A stretch of 53,846 bases of DNA from Nemertoderma westbladi (GCA_032718475.1 JAUCBJ010008937.1:1-53846), one strand, 5' to 3'; positions 1-12,655 are shown, counted from the stretch's first letter. Translations and numbers: made by a program. Notes: generated from the sequence alone by a model not told the origin.

Positions 1-756
1 TGCCTCTGCCTCTGCCGCTGCTACTGCCTTTCGATCTTCTATTTGTTTTTTCTGGACTTGTGTTTGCTGGGCTCTAGCGATGCGTCTTTCCTCATCAAAT
101 TTAGCTTGATCTTTAGCTAACATCTCAGCATCGAGTTCGTCCAATACACGCTTAGCCCCTGCACTATTAGGTGTAAATCCATGCAGTCTTCTTCTCAACT
201 CCTTGTCTCCTATGAATCGCTGATAATCTGACAAATAGGTATCAATTGCATCTCTCTTTTGTGGTCCTTCTGGTGTTAATTCGCTTTCCACTTCGCTTTC
301 CACTTCGCTTTCCACTTCGCTTTCCACTTCGCTTTCTACTTGAGAAGAAGGGGCGTCGGTTGATTCTTCAAAGGTTGGCCGCTCATCACAAGCCGTATCC
401 ACCATTTTCGCTCCGCGTTCGGGTGTCCGCTCAACAGTCTCCGAACTACTGGAGCTATCGGGTCGCTGGGGACTAGGTTCGTGATCAGGATGTTGCTGCG
501 ATAGGACAGCTTCCTCTAGGTTCCGTTTTACCTGGGCCCGAGTGCCTATGATAGACCTATGGTGGATTAGCCTAGGGTCTGATACTACTACTGTAGGGCT
601 AGGGATGACCTTGCTTACAGTAGGAGGGGACTTGGACTTCGGTCTCAGACGTTCTATACTCTTAGCTGAGTCCCAGATCTTTTTAAGACCCTGTCTAACA
701 CTCGTTCTAGCACTTTCTAAGAAACTATCTGACAGTGATTGGGTTTGGTCAGCCAT
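1..756 (-). CDS. Open ORF running off the left window edge (>=252 aa, MADQTQSLSDSFLESARTSVRQGLKKIWDSAK...ESEVESEV...RKAVAAAEAEA); probable gag-like N-terminus of an LTR retrotransposon
   Basis: Manual translation: ATG at 756 and no stop down to base 1 (absent from the ORF track because it has no stop). Intronless, Ser/Pro/Glu-rich then coiled-coil-like, with a 12-bp repeat (ESEV) at ~281-337. It lies downstream of a long leader and a candidate LTR. The gag identity is inference. Confidence 0.5.
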   Translation of the reverse strand, partial: MADQTQSLSDSFLESARTSVRQGLKKIWDSAKSIERLRPKSKSPPTVSKVIPSPTVVVSDPRLIHHRSIIGTRAQVKRNLEEAVLSQQHPDHEPSPQRPDSSSSSETVERTPERGAKMVDTACDERPTFEESTDAPSSQVESEVESEVESEVESEVESELTPEGPQKRDAIDTYLSDYQRFIGDKELRRRLHGFTPNSAGAKRVLDELDAEMLAKDQAKFDEERRIARAQQTQVQKKQIEDRKAVAAAEAEA

Positions 757-2079
757 GTTTGATTGTACAGTTGAATGCCCACTGCTATAGTTACAGTTAA
801 AGCAAGTCTAGTAATTCAGTAAGACTGTTGGCCTAGTACCGGTAATTAATTGCAATATATTAGAATACCGGTATACACTTATAGTATATATAAGTATAAC
901 AGACTAGATTTGTCACAGAGTACCGATATATAATTTTAGCACAAATATATATAAATATATAATAGGCCTATCGTGAATACCGGTATACAGCTGACACTTA
1001 TAGTATATATAAGTATAATTATTACTAGAATTAATTACAGAATACCGGTATGATTTCAGCTCAAATTTATAGAAATAAATATAATAAACCTATTAGAGAT
1101 ACCGGTATATCAATTATTTAGGATAATTGAATTTCTGAAATTATAAGTTACTTAGTTACTTGAGTTTACTCTGTTACCGTTATGTAAGCAGTAGTCCAAC
1201 TGATATTGAGACCTACTTGTTGTATGGCAGGCCTACTGATTTACAAATCTTTGGAGTTGATTTATAATATATATATACCCTGATAAGGGATTTGTTACAA
1301 GATTGAAATAGGTGTTACTATTTCCGGTAAAATACCACTACACAGAAGCTGTGCGCTTTCAGTGAAGTGCTACTTATGGGACACTAAACAGAATAATTCT
1401 ACTGGCCTACGTTACTTATTTACTAGTTACTTACTATTGGTGAGATTACAATCTCTAATAAACACACAAAACGTTACGTACAGAAATTTTTAGGGCAATT
1501 TTACAGGGAAACTACTAACCAGTCTAACAAAGGGTTAGATCTCCTGGTTATTTCAACGAACAGGATACTACGGTATTTGAAAATAATAAGCAGAAGTAAA
1601 TACTGCGTTGTCTAGATAGGAAAGTACCACCGCCTGACGACCTACAGCCGTAGCGCTATAGGTACAACGTTATGTATCTACGGAGTGTTCCTACCTAGAA
1701 GTTAATTACCGCCGTCTACCAGAACGAGCGTGCCTATTAACTACTTTACAACACAATAATGCCTACACTAATTACTCTCGGACAGCACTGTACACTAAAC
1801 CCTAAATTAGGTACAGGTACTTGTAAAACAGATAACCAGTAGTTAAATATACTTGAACAGTTAAAAGAACCACAGCATCTGCTGGAGTGACCGGGGCACT
1901 AAGTCACCAGTCTTTACCTACGCCAAGCAGCCCGTGTAGTACTGGGGTTAATTTAACTATAACGGTATGTATAACAAACACAATTACTGTAGGAATAAAC
2001 TTGGGGACATGAATGTTGCGAGTAATTGCATAAACTCTGAATAATAAATATTACGCTACCCGTACAGAATACTCAAATA

Positions 2080-2612
2080 AAATACAAACTAAAAATGCTG
2101 ACAGACCACCACTAAGCCTAAACAAACTACTGTATGTGCAGATTCTGAAACTGTTAGTTAGTATGCGTGCTAATACGGTAGTACGACTTATTCTTTAAGA
2201 GGGGATTGTCCTTACAGCGATGGCTGCCCCAACTTACTAACGGCACTTTATCAGACTTACTCTACACACGTAGCAATTCCTTCAGACCCAACAACAGCTA
2301 GGCAACAATCCAGCCCACAAAATATCTGAATAATATTACGGTATCTGAACAGACTATACAAACAATACAGGATAAACGCTGACGGACTACTATCAAGCCT
2401 AAATAACCACAGTATATGCAGATTCCGAAACTTGTTAGTGAGTATGCGTGCTAATAAGGTAGCGCGGCTTATTCTTTATAGGGGTTGACCTTACAACTTA
2501 CGAGTTGCCCCAACTTACTAACTGGCACCTATCAGACTCTCTACACACGCTGTAATCTTCAAGCCTAACAACAGTCAGACAACAGTCCAGCCTACAATGA
2601 TCTGAACAATCT
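2080..2612. repeat. Diverged tandem duplication, 2 x ~280 bp
   Basis: Shared blocks such as gcagattc(t/c)gaaact, agtatgcgtgctaata, gccccaacttactaac and ctctacacacg recur ~280 bp apart. Confidence 0.8.
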
Positions 2613-3217
2613 GAGCAGACTTACACGCCTTCTACTCAATACTAACTTACACGTAAATAAGAACTGACAGAAATAAATAAGCTCCAAAAGAAACAAGGGG
2701 TGTACAGTCCCTAATTTCTTAAACAGCCTACCAATGTATAATATCACAATCGAAATAATACTAATGCACTTGTACAGCAGTACCGGTTATGACAGTTAGG
2801 CCTACGGACCTACGGTAATAGTACCGGTTATGACAGTTGGGCCTACTGACCTACTGGAGTGCCGGTATTTTCAATCTTATTGCTTACCGCAAATAAGATC
2901 GATAGCTATTATTGTACGCGCTTTTATAGACCTTCAGCAGTTTAACCTGCCGAAATTTATATGTCTTTATTGATAATCTGCCTTTTGTAAGATGATAAGA
3001 TTTAATACAAAACAAACCAAAAACATTAGCCGAAGCCAGTCCATGCGCGTCCAAATGACCCGTTTATAACACCGGGAGACTGGATTCGTGGGCTTAAATT
3101 TATTTGCGGTCAAGCCTACTGTATTATTCGATTGATTACTAATATATAATCTCTGACAAATATTATTCACTTTCGGGAAATATTAGCAGTTCCTTTTAGG
3201 ACGTGGCGCTCTACCTA

Positions 3218-4129
3218 TGTAAACAGAGTTATGACTGATACTACACACAACGATATGGCTTAAATTTCAAGCATAGGGCGCATTCTTTAGGAATGCTTTA
3301 TTATCAGATCCAAATCACTTTACAATCACGCACGCTACCGGTAACGCACAACACTGCTCACTGATATGCCGACAGTTACTGACTTTGATCAGGTATAAAG
3401 AGATATGCACTGGACTCAGGTAGTGTCTGTCAAACAACATTAGATTCACTACAAACACAATAATAAAGTCGCAATTGTTGTACATAACCCTTCTCTCTAA
3501 CCTGTAGTGTATCAAGGATATTGGGAAAATGCGGGTTGATTATTGATATTCTTCAACTAATAACATCCAATTATATTGATACAAAATTACAAACAGTAAA
3601 AGCAGTATGACGGTAGGTTAAGATACAATTAGATTGCAAGTAATGAGATCAATGAATTAAATCGATATGGATCGTTTCGATAATAGCTATGCTTTCTATA
3701 ATTTAGCCTACTAATGTTCTTATAAAAGGCAGAAAACATTTCGCTATTTCAACACGGTCTTAAAACACTGATAATAAAGTCTAAAATCATAACAAAAGTC
3801 CCGTGACTTTAGCTCTCTTATTTTCCAAGAATCCCGTTCAACACATGTAATCAGCAGTGAGACAGGATAATTTCAGTTCAGTAGCTCGGGATTGGTCGAA
3901 ATCAGAACTAACTCAACGCAGGGCTATGGGTAACTAGGGCAACCTTCCCAAGCCGGCTGGCCAATCGAACAGCTCAGATCCCTCCTAAAGGATTCCAACG
4001 CCTTGGAGGGGGGAACTGGTTAGCAAAGAAAACAAATCAGTCATATCCCAGAAAAACCTTTACAGTAGGTTTCAGAGTATTTTAGCGTATGGGGGAAAAA
4101 CTGGGTTGCGGGGCGAAGGGCCAGTTACA
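3218..4129 (-). mobile_element. Candidate 5' LTR (~910 bp) of the element carrying the 1-756 ORF
   Basis: TGTAA...TTACA inverted termini (tgtaaac at 3218, gttaca ending 4129); minus-strand AATAAA ~80 bp before the end. The PBS is weak (TAGGTAGAGCG) and the second LTR is outside the window. Confidence 0.3.
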
Positions 4130-4559
4130 TCCCACAGAAGCTTTTACATGGACATTTGTTACTTTGTTACTTGATGTTTGTCCAGATGTTATCATATTTT
4201 AATTACTGTACCATAATTTTAGCAGTTATAACTAACCTACGCAATTGCTCAAATCCATTCAGCAGAATGGCACAATAGACTAAAGTAAATTCCCTCTGGG
4301 TTGACTGAATAATGTAACTAGAAAAGCCAGCAAGCTGGGGCTATAAGAAGACGGTCCATAGACAAAAAGTAATTAATTTAAAATGTATTATTATTTAGTA
4401 GCGCTATATATTTTATAACTACATATATTACCAATAGGGTCTATACGTATATTATAATATTAATAACTCTTTTTAACTAAAGAATCTATTATTTACTGAC
4501 AATGTTTTCTCCCTGAAACAGGGGGGTGAGACATGCAAATCCCTACAGGAGCAGGTTAC

Positions 4560-6482
4560 AGAGGCACGTTATTCCAATCAAAACGATAACTAATAGAACA
4601 TAATTCCTGTATACCCTCGAAACAGGAAAAAGGCCCCATGGACTGACCACAAAATTCAGAAGTGCCGATATGACCTCTATAAGGCGTAGAAAGAGTCCCG
4701 ACTCAAACAGACTACAGCGGCCAAGAATGCAGTTAAGGCTGCATCTAGGTCCCTGAACAGGCAGTACTCTGTTAATTTACAGGAGCTAATAAACCAACAG
4801 GTTGATGCCATCAATGATAATAACGACAGCAGGCAATCATCCCAGGCGTGGAAATCGATCCACTTGCTTACTGGGCGGAAAAGGCAACCAACCACCAAGG
4901 TTAAGGCTGAATCACCAGCCGATCGCCCCAATGGTTGGAAGGCCCACTTTGAAAAGCTCCTCAATAATGACAGGGTATTGCCTGATAACTTTATAGAAGT
5001 AAAAGTGTCTGAGTCTGTACTCCCAGATATTCCCATTAGCGATATCTCCTTTGCAGAAGTGAAAAAGAAGTTTAAAATACCTGAGTGTTTAAAGCACATC
5101 TATCCCATCATAGTAGACATGTACCGAACAACAAGAGTCCCACAAGAAATGAAAACAAATAAGTTGGTGCCAGGTCCCAAGAAGGGCAACCTAACACTCT
5201 ATGGTTCTTTTCGGGGAATCTCATTGATTTCGATAGCTGCAAAGCTATACAATAGAATTCTATAGAATAGAAGGATAATTGAAGAGTTATCAAAAAAGAA
5301 AGACAGGCATCTGGCTGTTATCTTTGTTGACTTCTTCAAGGCCTTTGATTCAGTCTCTCGCTCACGTATGTTCAGCATACTTTCATTATATGGGATTCCT
5401 GATGAAATTATTGCAGCAATCAGATCAGTATACGATGGTTCGACAACATTTGTGTCTACTGTTGACGGTGACACAGAACCATTTGAAGTGTTATGGGGTG
5501 TCCTCCAGGGAGACACACTTGCACCATTCTTGTTCATAATTGTTGTTGAATATGTTCTACGCATGTTCTTAGATTATCATAATGATGATGGGGTGATGAT
5601 AACTCCACCTACTGGCTCCAGAAGTCGAGGAAATCCTGCCAAGTACCTAACTGATCTAGACTTTGCTGATGAATTAGGAATACTCTCAGAATCACTAGAG
5701 GGAGCCCAACGACTCATCAGCTCATTAGAACAGGCTGCTTCTAGTGTTGGTCTTTTTATTAACTCCAGAAAGACCAAAATTTTGACAGTTAACTTTGAAA
5801 GTCCTCAGCAAGTCTCTGATCTGATGAGCATAAGCTCAAAGGATGGTATGCTTGAGGATGTGGACGACTTCTGTTACCTGGGATCATGGATCCGGAAGTC
5901 AGGTGAGGACCAGGTAAGGGAAAGGCATGGGCAGCCTTGAATAGGCTTTCCAGGATTTGGAAGTCACCGAGAATTAATCGGAAACTTAAGGTCCGATTAT
6001 TTAAATCAGCAGTAGTTCCAGTACTCCTCTATGGGAGTCCATGCTGGGCTCTAACTGCTGAGGACACCAAATCTCTGGATGGCACATTCACAAGAATGCT
6101 ACGCCGGGTTCATTTTGTCAAGTACAATGCACACATCTCCAACCAGACACTATATAACATTGGAGGCGTCTCATTGGTTCCCCCAAGCTTGACACTAGAA
6201 CAAAATTGCCTCCGCTTTGCAGGACATTGCTTTCGCCGTGAGGACCAGCCAGTGCATAATCTTATACTTTGGCAGCCTCATGGAGTGAATAAGCATGAAT
6301 AAGCATGGATGACTTTCTTGAAACGCGGACGCATCTTAAAGGACACTGGCCTTGAAGAAGCGGATGATCTAGCAGATGTCATGGGTGATAGGGAGTTGTG
6401 GCGGCGCAATTTGGTCGACAAGCCGGCACAGCATTCTTAAAAATGCAGCTGCAATGCAGCATGCCGATCCTAGTAGTAATAG
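4560..6482 (+). mobile_element. Degraded non-LTR retrotransposon (RTE-like LINE), ORF2 reverse transcriptase and 3' end
   Basis: RT motifs RGISLISIAAKLYN, FVDFFKAFDS, GVLQGDTLAPFLF, LDFADE (catalytic DD mutated) and FCYLGS are split over ORFs 4864-5265, 5368-5940 and 5937-6302. An internal deletion at ~5265 removes the NQNGFR region that is present in the second copy. Ends in a (TAG)n-type tail at ~6471. Confidence 0.9.
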
Positions 6483-6785
6483 AACAGGTTACAGTATTAT
6501 TTTTGGGTGTAATTAGCTGTTATTTGCATAGATTTTCCTCTGGAGAGGGATTGATTTTTATTGCGTCGAATCCATCCTATCTGTTTCACCTGAGATGAAA
6601 TTATTCATAAAGCAGAAAAGTAATTCTATTTGTAAAAGATAATTAAATAATATATTTCAAAAATTCAGAAATAACATTCATTCAGCTGGCCCGCCACCTA
6701 ACATAGCAGAGTGAGTAACCTTGTAGATCTTCCCGTAGGATGCATTGGGAATATCTTTCAGCTTATGCGGTAATAGATTACAAAC

Positions 6786-7236
6786 TAAACCAGTTAATAA
6801 TAATAAGTGAATTGTTGTGGGGTGAGTGGCGCGGTGAATTAAATATATAATGTAAATAGGACAATATGATAATGCTCTCCATAGCAAAAAATATCAACCG
6901 GCCCTATTGGGGCTCGAACCCGGTACCTAGGTTTAAAACTTCTGGTTATCATCAGCCGGGTGAGTGTACTGAGCTACCAGGCCGGATGATTATTTCGTTA
7001 CGGGAATAACGAAAGTTGTACTTTCCTTTGAGTGATTGTATGGCCTTAATATGATCTTCCACTCCATAACGAAATATTCATCCGGCCTGGTAGCTCAGTA
7101 CACTCACCCGGCTGATGATAACCAGAAGTTTGAAACCTAGGTACCGGGTTCGAGCCCTAATAGGGCCGGTTGATATTTTTCGCTATGGAGAGCTTTATCA
7201 TATTGTCCTATTTACATTATATTTAAACCAGTTAAT
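6786..7236 (-). mobile_element. Fold-back element made of two inverted tRNA-like (SINE head) units, flanked by a 13-bp direct repeat
   Basis: Arms ~6846-7006 and ~7062-7224 are near-perfect inverted repeats, each with A-box TAGCTCAGT and B-box GGTTCGAGCCC. taaaccagttaat occurs at 6786-6798 and 7224-7236, with a short (TAA)n stretch next to the left copy. Confidence 0.75.
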
Positions 7237-7794
7237 GTTTGCTTATAGTCTGGGTTGAAAGAGTTAGTGATTAAACTTGGCACTGAAAGTACTTCTTTGT
7301 TAGTTGGCTCTTCCTATTGAATAGCATCCGTTTTTTTAACTTTTTTCACTGCCCGTTATTTTATACCTGTTTTTCGTATATCATTCTGACCTACCGATAT
7401 TAATAAAATATAATTGAACCCTAGAACTCATACTATTTATCGATACCACTAAACCAACTGTCACCCCCCTCTCTACGATATCACCCGCACTGCGATCAAT
7501 TCCCCACAGTGCCGCTGGCTGCGGCTGCTGGCCGCGATGTCATCACAAATAATGATTTCTGATCTTCATTAATCGTACAGTAGAATGTTCTTCATGTTTT
7601 CCGGTTTACAGTTTTCAATCCACCCTGTAGCGTTGATAGTTCATTCAACATTTATCACGAATCGAACGTGAATCTTTGGTACCGACTTTTGTACATGTTG
7701 GCTCGATCAGATATACGATCCGCTCAGCCTACATCCATACAAATATATTTGTAATTAAATTTTAGAGTTTTAAGAATTTCAAATGGTATTGCAG

Positions 7795-7842
7795 ACGACT
7801 AGCACCGGAAAGGACATCAATCGACGATTCTGGAGTGGAGAG
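7795..7842 (+). CDS. PKD1-like/REJ gene exon A (RLAPERTSIDDSGVER)
   Basis: ttgcag|...|gtaagt; 48 nt; its phase-2 end joins exon B in frame. Confidence 0.55.
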
Positions 7843-8643
7843 GTAAGTAGGTAAAAGTTATTCCAATACTGTAGATCAATAAGGTAGTCATTAGTAGTAC
7901 CTACAGTATTATAGTGGTAGTAACCGTTGCAGTACAACAACTGTACGTAGCCCAAGGGTAATGAATGAAGATGTTACATCGTTATTTAAAATGAATAAAG
8001 GGAATTAATAATTATGGAAAGAAAATAAATGTATCGGAAGGAAGCACTTTGCCATCAACTGCAAAGATCTCAATACACGAGGGCAGAATATCTGAATTTC
8101 GGTTAACTGAAATGGGTGACAAGGAGTTTTCTTTTTATCGGAGACACGAAAATTCAACGATTTACTTGTATAGATTGATGCGTATTTTAAACTAAAGTAG
8201 AGACCTAAACTGCAGTACCAGTATAGTAAAGGAATCCTCTAATAATTGTGAATATGATGGTATTTTTTATGAATTATCATTAAAATGGTTTATACAAATT
8301 GTCATATGATATATTTTTTATATGATATCTTACTACACAAATCCACATCTGTGATTATATTAGATCAAATTTTATTTAAATATTCAAGAATCGAATTTAC
8401 GAAAATTTGCTGCTTCCACCTCTGTGTCTCTATCTCGGTAAATAATAACACAGAACCTCTGTGCTCTGACCACTGAGCTTAAATGACGTACTATAGTGAT
8501 AGAAAAACTTTCTACCACTATTTTAGTGGTAGAAGGTAATATTAGTGCGCGAAAGCAATACTTTATTGGACTGTTTTCTACAAAATTTAGTGGATAAAGT
8601 GGATTTTTCTTATAAAGACGATTAATTGGTTTTTATTTTGTAG

Positions 8644-8803
8644 AACGATAATTCCAGAAACATATCCAGTTGATGGATTGGGTAATATTATTGACACTTA
8701 CCCACCTGTCAAGACTTACGAAGGTGATCCCTCAGATGTTGGTGGTTGCTTTAATGAGGGTCCAGGGAGAATTTCCTTCAATACAGGAGACATTACATTT
8801 CCG
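8644..8803 (+). CDS. PKD1-like/REJ gene exon B (TIIPETYPVDG...DVGGCFNEGPGRISFNTGDITFP)
   Basis: ttgtag|...|gtaagt; GGCFxxGPG motif recalled from invertebrate PKD1-like REJ modules; ends phase 0. Confidence 0.8.
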
Positions 8804-8981
8804 GTAAGTGTAATTAATAAAGATACATCAGTAGTGACTAAGAGGATTGGCTCTTCCGAAATTATAACTACAGATCGACCGTCGGTATAACATCTTAATA
8901 ATACATATAAGTCTTATTTTATGGGTGTAATATGTTTGCGAAATGTATACAATTACATATCCCACAATATTTCACCATTAC

Positions 8982-11416
8982 ATATAACATGTCCTGGAGT
9001 ATAGTAAATATAGTATAGTTATTCAGGTACCTGAATCCCCCCCCCCCCCCCCCCCCAAAAAAAAAAAATTTCTACAAATCTTAATGAAATTCAATGAAAT
9101 TTGAATTTCATCTCTCTCCTCCTTAGTGGGTGAGCCAGAATTATAATCTTCTCTTTCATTATTTAGTTACAAGCGTTTGAAAATATTGTCTACATCGATA
9201 ATGCACCAGTTACACCGAGATTATTCTTCAATCTTATGGATTTGTAACAATGGAAACCTGGCCATGCAAGGATTCCAAATATGTAAAAATATTTGAATTT
9301 GGTTGAAATATAGCTGAGATATGGGCATTTGAATGTTGCATTTATTTTCTTCGGCTGCGGGCCATTTATTCTATTTAAAGGGATGGGGATGGGGATGGGG
9401 ATGGGGATGGGGATGGGGATGGGGATGGGGATGGGGATGGGGATGGGGATGGGGATGGGGATGGGGATGGGGATGGGGATGGGGATGGGGATGGGGATGG
9501 GGATGGGGATGGGGATGGGGATGGGGATGGGGATGGGGATGGGGATGGGGATGGGGATGGGGATGGGGATGGGGATGGGGATGGGGATGGGGATGGGGAT
9601 GGGGATGGGGATGGGGATGGGGATGGGGATGGGGATGGGGATGGGGATGGGGATGGGGATGGGGATGGGGATGGGGATGGGGATGGGGATGGGGATGGGG
9701 ATGGGGATGGGGATGGGGATGGGGATGGGGATGGGGATGGGGATGGGGATGGGGATGGGGATGGGGATGGGGATGGGGATGGGGATGGGGATGGGGATGG
9801 GGATGGGGATGGGGATGGGGATGGGGATGGGGATGGGGATGGGGATGGGGATGGGGATGGGGATGGGGATGGGGATGGGGATGGGGATGGGATGGGGATG
9901 GGGATGGGGATGGGATGGGGATGGGGATGGGGATGGGGATGGGGATGGGATGGGATGGGGATGGGGATGGGGATGGGGATGGGGATGGGGATGGGGATGG
10001 GGATGGGGATGGGGATGGGGATGGGGATGGGATGGGGATGGGGATGGGGATGGGGATGGGGATGGGGATGGGGATGGGGATGGGGATGGGGATGGGGATG
10101 GGGATGGGGATGGGGATGGGGATGGGGATGGGGATGGGGATGGGGATGGGGATGGGGATGGGGATGGGGATGGGGATGGGGATGGGGATGGGGATGGGGA
10201 TGGGGATGGGGATGGGGATGGGGATGGGGATGGGGATGGGGATGGGGATGGGGATGGGGATGGGGATGGGGATGGGGATGGGGATGGGGATGGGATGGGA
10301 TGGGGATGGGGATGGGGATGGGGATGGGGATGGATGGGATGGGGATGGGGATGGGGATGGGGATGGGGATGGGGATGGGGATGGGGATGGGGATGGGGAT
10401 GGGGATGGGATGGGGATGGGGATGGGGATGGGGATGGGATGGGATGGGGATGGGATGGGGATGGGATGGGGATGGGATGGGGATGGGATGGGATGGGGAT
10501 GGGGTGGGGATGGGGATGGGGATGGGGATGGGGATGGGATGGGGATGGGGATGGGGATGGGGATGGGGATGGGGATGGGGATGGGGATGGGATGGGATGG
10601 GGATGGGGATGGGGATGGGGATGGGGATGGGGATGGGGATGGGGATGGGGATGGGGATGGGGATGGGGATGGGGATGGGGATGGGGATGGGGATGGGGAT
10701 GGGGATGGGGATGGGGATGGGGATGGGGATGGGGATGGGGATGGGGATGGGGATGGGGATGGGGATGGGGATGGGGATGGGGATGGGGATGGGGATGGGG
10801 ATGGGGATGGGGATGGGGATGGGGATGGGGATGGGGATGGGGATGGGGATGGGGATGGGGATGGGGATGGGGATGGGGATGGGGATGGGGATGGGGATGG
10901 GGATGGGGATGGGGATGGGGATGGGGATGGGGATGGGGATGGGGATGGGGATGGGGATGGGGATGGGGATGGGGATGGGGATGGGGATGGGGATGGGGAT
11001 GGGGATGGAGATGGGGATGGGGATGGGGATGGGGATGGGGATGGGGATGGGGATGGTTTACCTTTTTTAGCATAAAAAAAATGCAAAAACCTTATTTTTG
11101 TAGATTTTTGTGCAGACTTTAATGGCAAATCCGAATATGTAAGTTATGACTTCTCAACAAGTTTAGTTTAGGAGATATGACGATTTTACTAGGGCATGTT
11201 TCCATAAAAATAAATGTAACATTATTTTCGCGAATAAATGTGTTTCCCGACAAACTAAACAAAACATTCTGGCTCACCCAGCAAGGAGGAGGGATGTGAA
11301 ACTCACTCTGTTTCAAATTTCATGCTATCTAATTAAGATTTGTAAAAAAAAATTTTTTTGGGGGAGGGGGGCATGTACCTGAATAACGACACTATATTCC
11401 AGGACATGGTGTATAC
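8982..11416. mobile_element. MITE-like element with degenerate long terminal inverted repeats, enclosing the GGGGAT array
   Basis: The left end acatgtcctggagtatagt...ttattcaggtac + C-run mirrors the right end G-run + gtacctgaataacg...tccaggacatggtgta. Confidence 0.55.
9380..11056 (+). repeat. (GGGGAT)n microsatellite, ~1.68 kb (~280 units), G-quadruplex-prone
   Basis: Directly visible; occasional GGGAT units between ~9890 and 10600. Confidence 0.98.
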
Positions 11417-11884
11417 ACCATCTACCTTAATACAAAAACCATTATTAGGGGGTTGGAGCCACCCCCCCCCCCCCTAATTTTTTTCAAACTTCAATCATAT
11501 GCTACAAAATTTGGTATGAAAATTACAACTTTTCTTACTGCTGGTCTGGCCGGATTTTTCAATTTATGAGCTATTTCGATACACCCAGACAACAAGCCTT
11601 TAAAAATCAGCATCCAAACCTTCATCTGAAGATTCAGAATCAGAAAACCTCTTTAATACGGAGGTGTGGTTAAACATTGCTAAGTACTGTAGACATTTTT
11701 AAGGGCTTGTTGTATGGAAATAACTGAGTAATTGAAAAATCCGGCCAGGCAACCAGTTATAAAAGGTGTCGATCTATCATCATACCACATTTCGTAGCAT
11801 TTCATTGAAATTTTAAAAAAAATTGGGGGGGGGGGGGGCTCCGACCCCATAAAAATTTTTGTTATATTAAGGGAGATGGTGTAT
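11414..11884. mobile_element. MITE with ~150-bp imperfect TIRs (TACACCATC...GATGGTGTA), TA-bounded, Tc1/mariner-like
   Basis: 11414-11565 mirrors 11730-11884 (ggccggatttttcaatt / aattgaaaaatccggcc; C-run / G-run). The superfamily is inferred from the TA ends. Confidence 0.75.
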
Positions 11885-11974
11885 ATTAAAAATTTCAAAT
11901 CATAAATACAAACAAAACTCTTAATCCTCCAAAAATTGGAGGTGTCTGCTGAAAGATAAAGCCCCCTTAATAAA

Positions 11975-12098
11975 TACACCATATTGTTCTAGAACATTTT
12001 GTTTACCTCATAAGTAGCTGGGCAACAATGCAATGCCTATATCAATACTAGTACGTTGATATTCATAAATAAACAAAATGTTCTAGAACATGGTGTAT
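11975..12098. mobile_element. Small MITE, TIR TACACCAT(at)TGTTCTAGAACATTTTGTTTA
   Basis: The ends are mutual reverse complements and share the TACACCAT terminus of neighbouring MITEs. Confidence 0.7.
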
Positions 12099-12119
12099 TT
12101 ATTAATAAGTTAACCTCGC

Positions 12120-12430
12120 AAAACCATGCTGAACGCCCATATCTCGGCTATTCTGCGACGAATTTCAGATTGTGTTACATATTTGTAATCCTTGCAGGGC
12201 CAGCTTTCTTACAGTATAAGCAAACCGCTATAATGTTAAGAATAACTGATGTACGATTGGGGCAATATCGTCGGAGACGATTGTAGATAAATAATGAAAG
12301 TGAAAATAAAATTCTGACTTAGCCACTAAGAAGGAGGAAAGTCAAACTATCTCTGTTTCTAATTTCATGGAATTTTATTAAAATAGGGGCAGGTACATGA
12401 ATAACGACTAAATTCCAGGACATGGTGTAT
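12120..12430. mobile_element. MITE arm, inverted homologue of 8982-9340
   Basis: gcccatatctcggctat, ttacatatttgtaatccttgca and tccaggacatggtgta are reverse complements of blocks at 8982-9330. Confidence 0.6.
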
Positions 12431-12455
12431 ATTGGTAACATTTATCTGTCTGCAG

Positions 12456-12598
12456 GTACATATGAACCATGGTGTAAACTACGAGATAATGGTAACATTT
12501 AACATCGACAACATCACCATCGACCCGGCACATCGACACGCCGTAGCCACCTTAGAATTAGAAGTTCTGCCATCAGTACCACCTCAACTTGAGATTAG
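12456..12598 (+). CDS. PKD1-like/REJ gene exon C (VHMNHGVNYEIMVTF...ATLELEVLPSVPPQLEI)
   Basis: ctgcag|...|gtaatg; 143 nt, phase 0 to 2; the Y-x-hydrophobic strand and V..x.PP...I.C pattern fit REJ. Confidence 0.8.
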
Positions 12599-12655
12599 GT
12601 AATGCATACATAATTATTGTTACTAAAATTCTTCATTAAGTGGCAAGACCGTCTA

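Noticed and set aside
7084-7170. Functional tRNA gene
   Set aside because: A and B boxes are present, but I could not form a proper D-arm or anticodon cloverleaf; it is part of a fold-back element.
7612-7678. Additional upstream REJ exon
   Set aside because: Splicing it to exon A creates a TGA at the junction, and the other frames contain stops.
9380-11056. Telomere or interstitial telomeric repeat
   Set aside because: The unit is GGGGAT, not TTAGGG or TTAGG, and it lies internally within an intron.
9190-11128. Long dipeptide ORFs (HP, GM, GW, GD, SP, IP)
   Set aside because: They are translations of the GGGGAT microsatellite in an intron and are open in nearly all frames.
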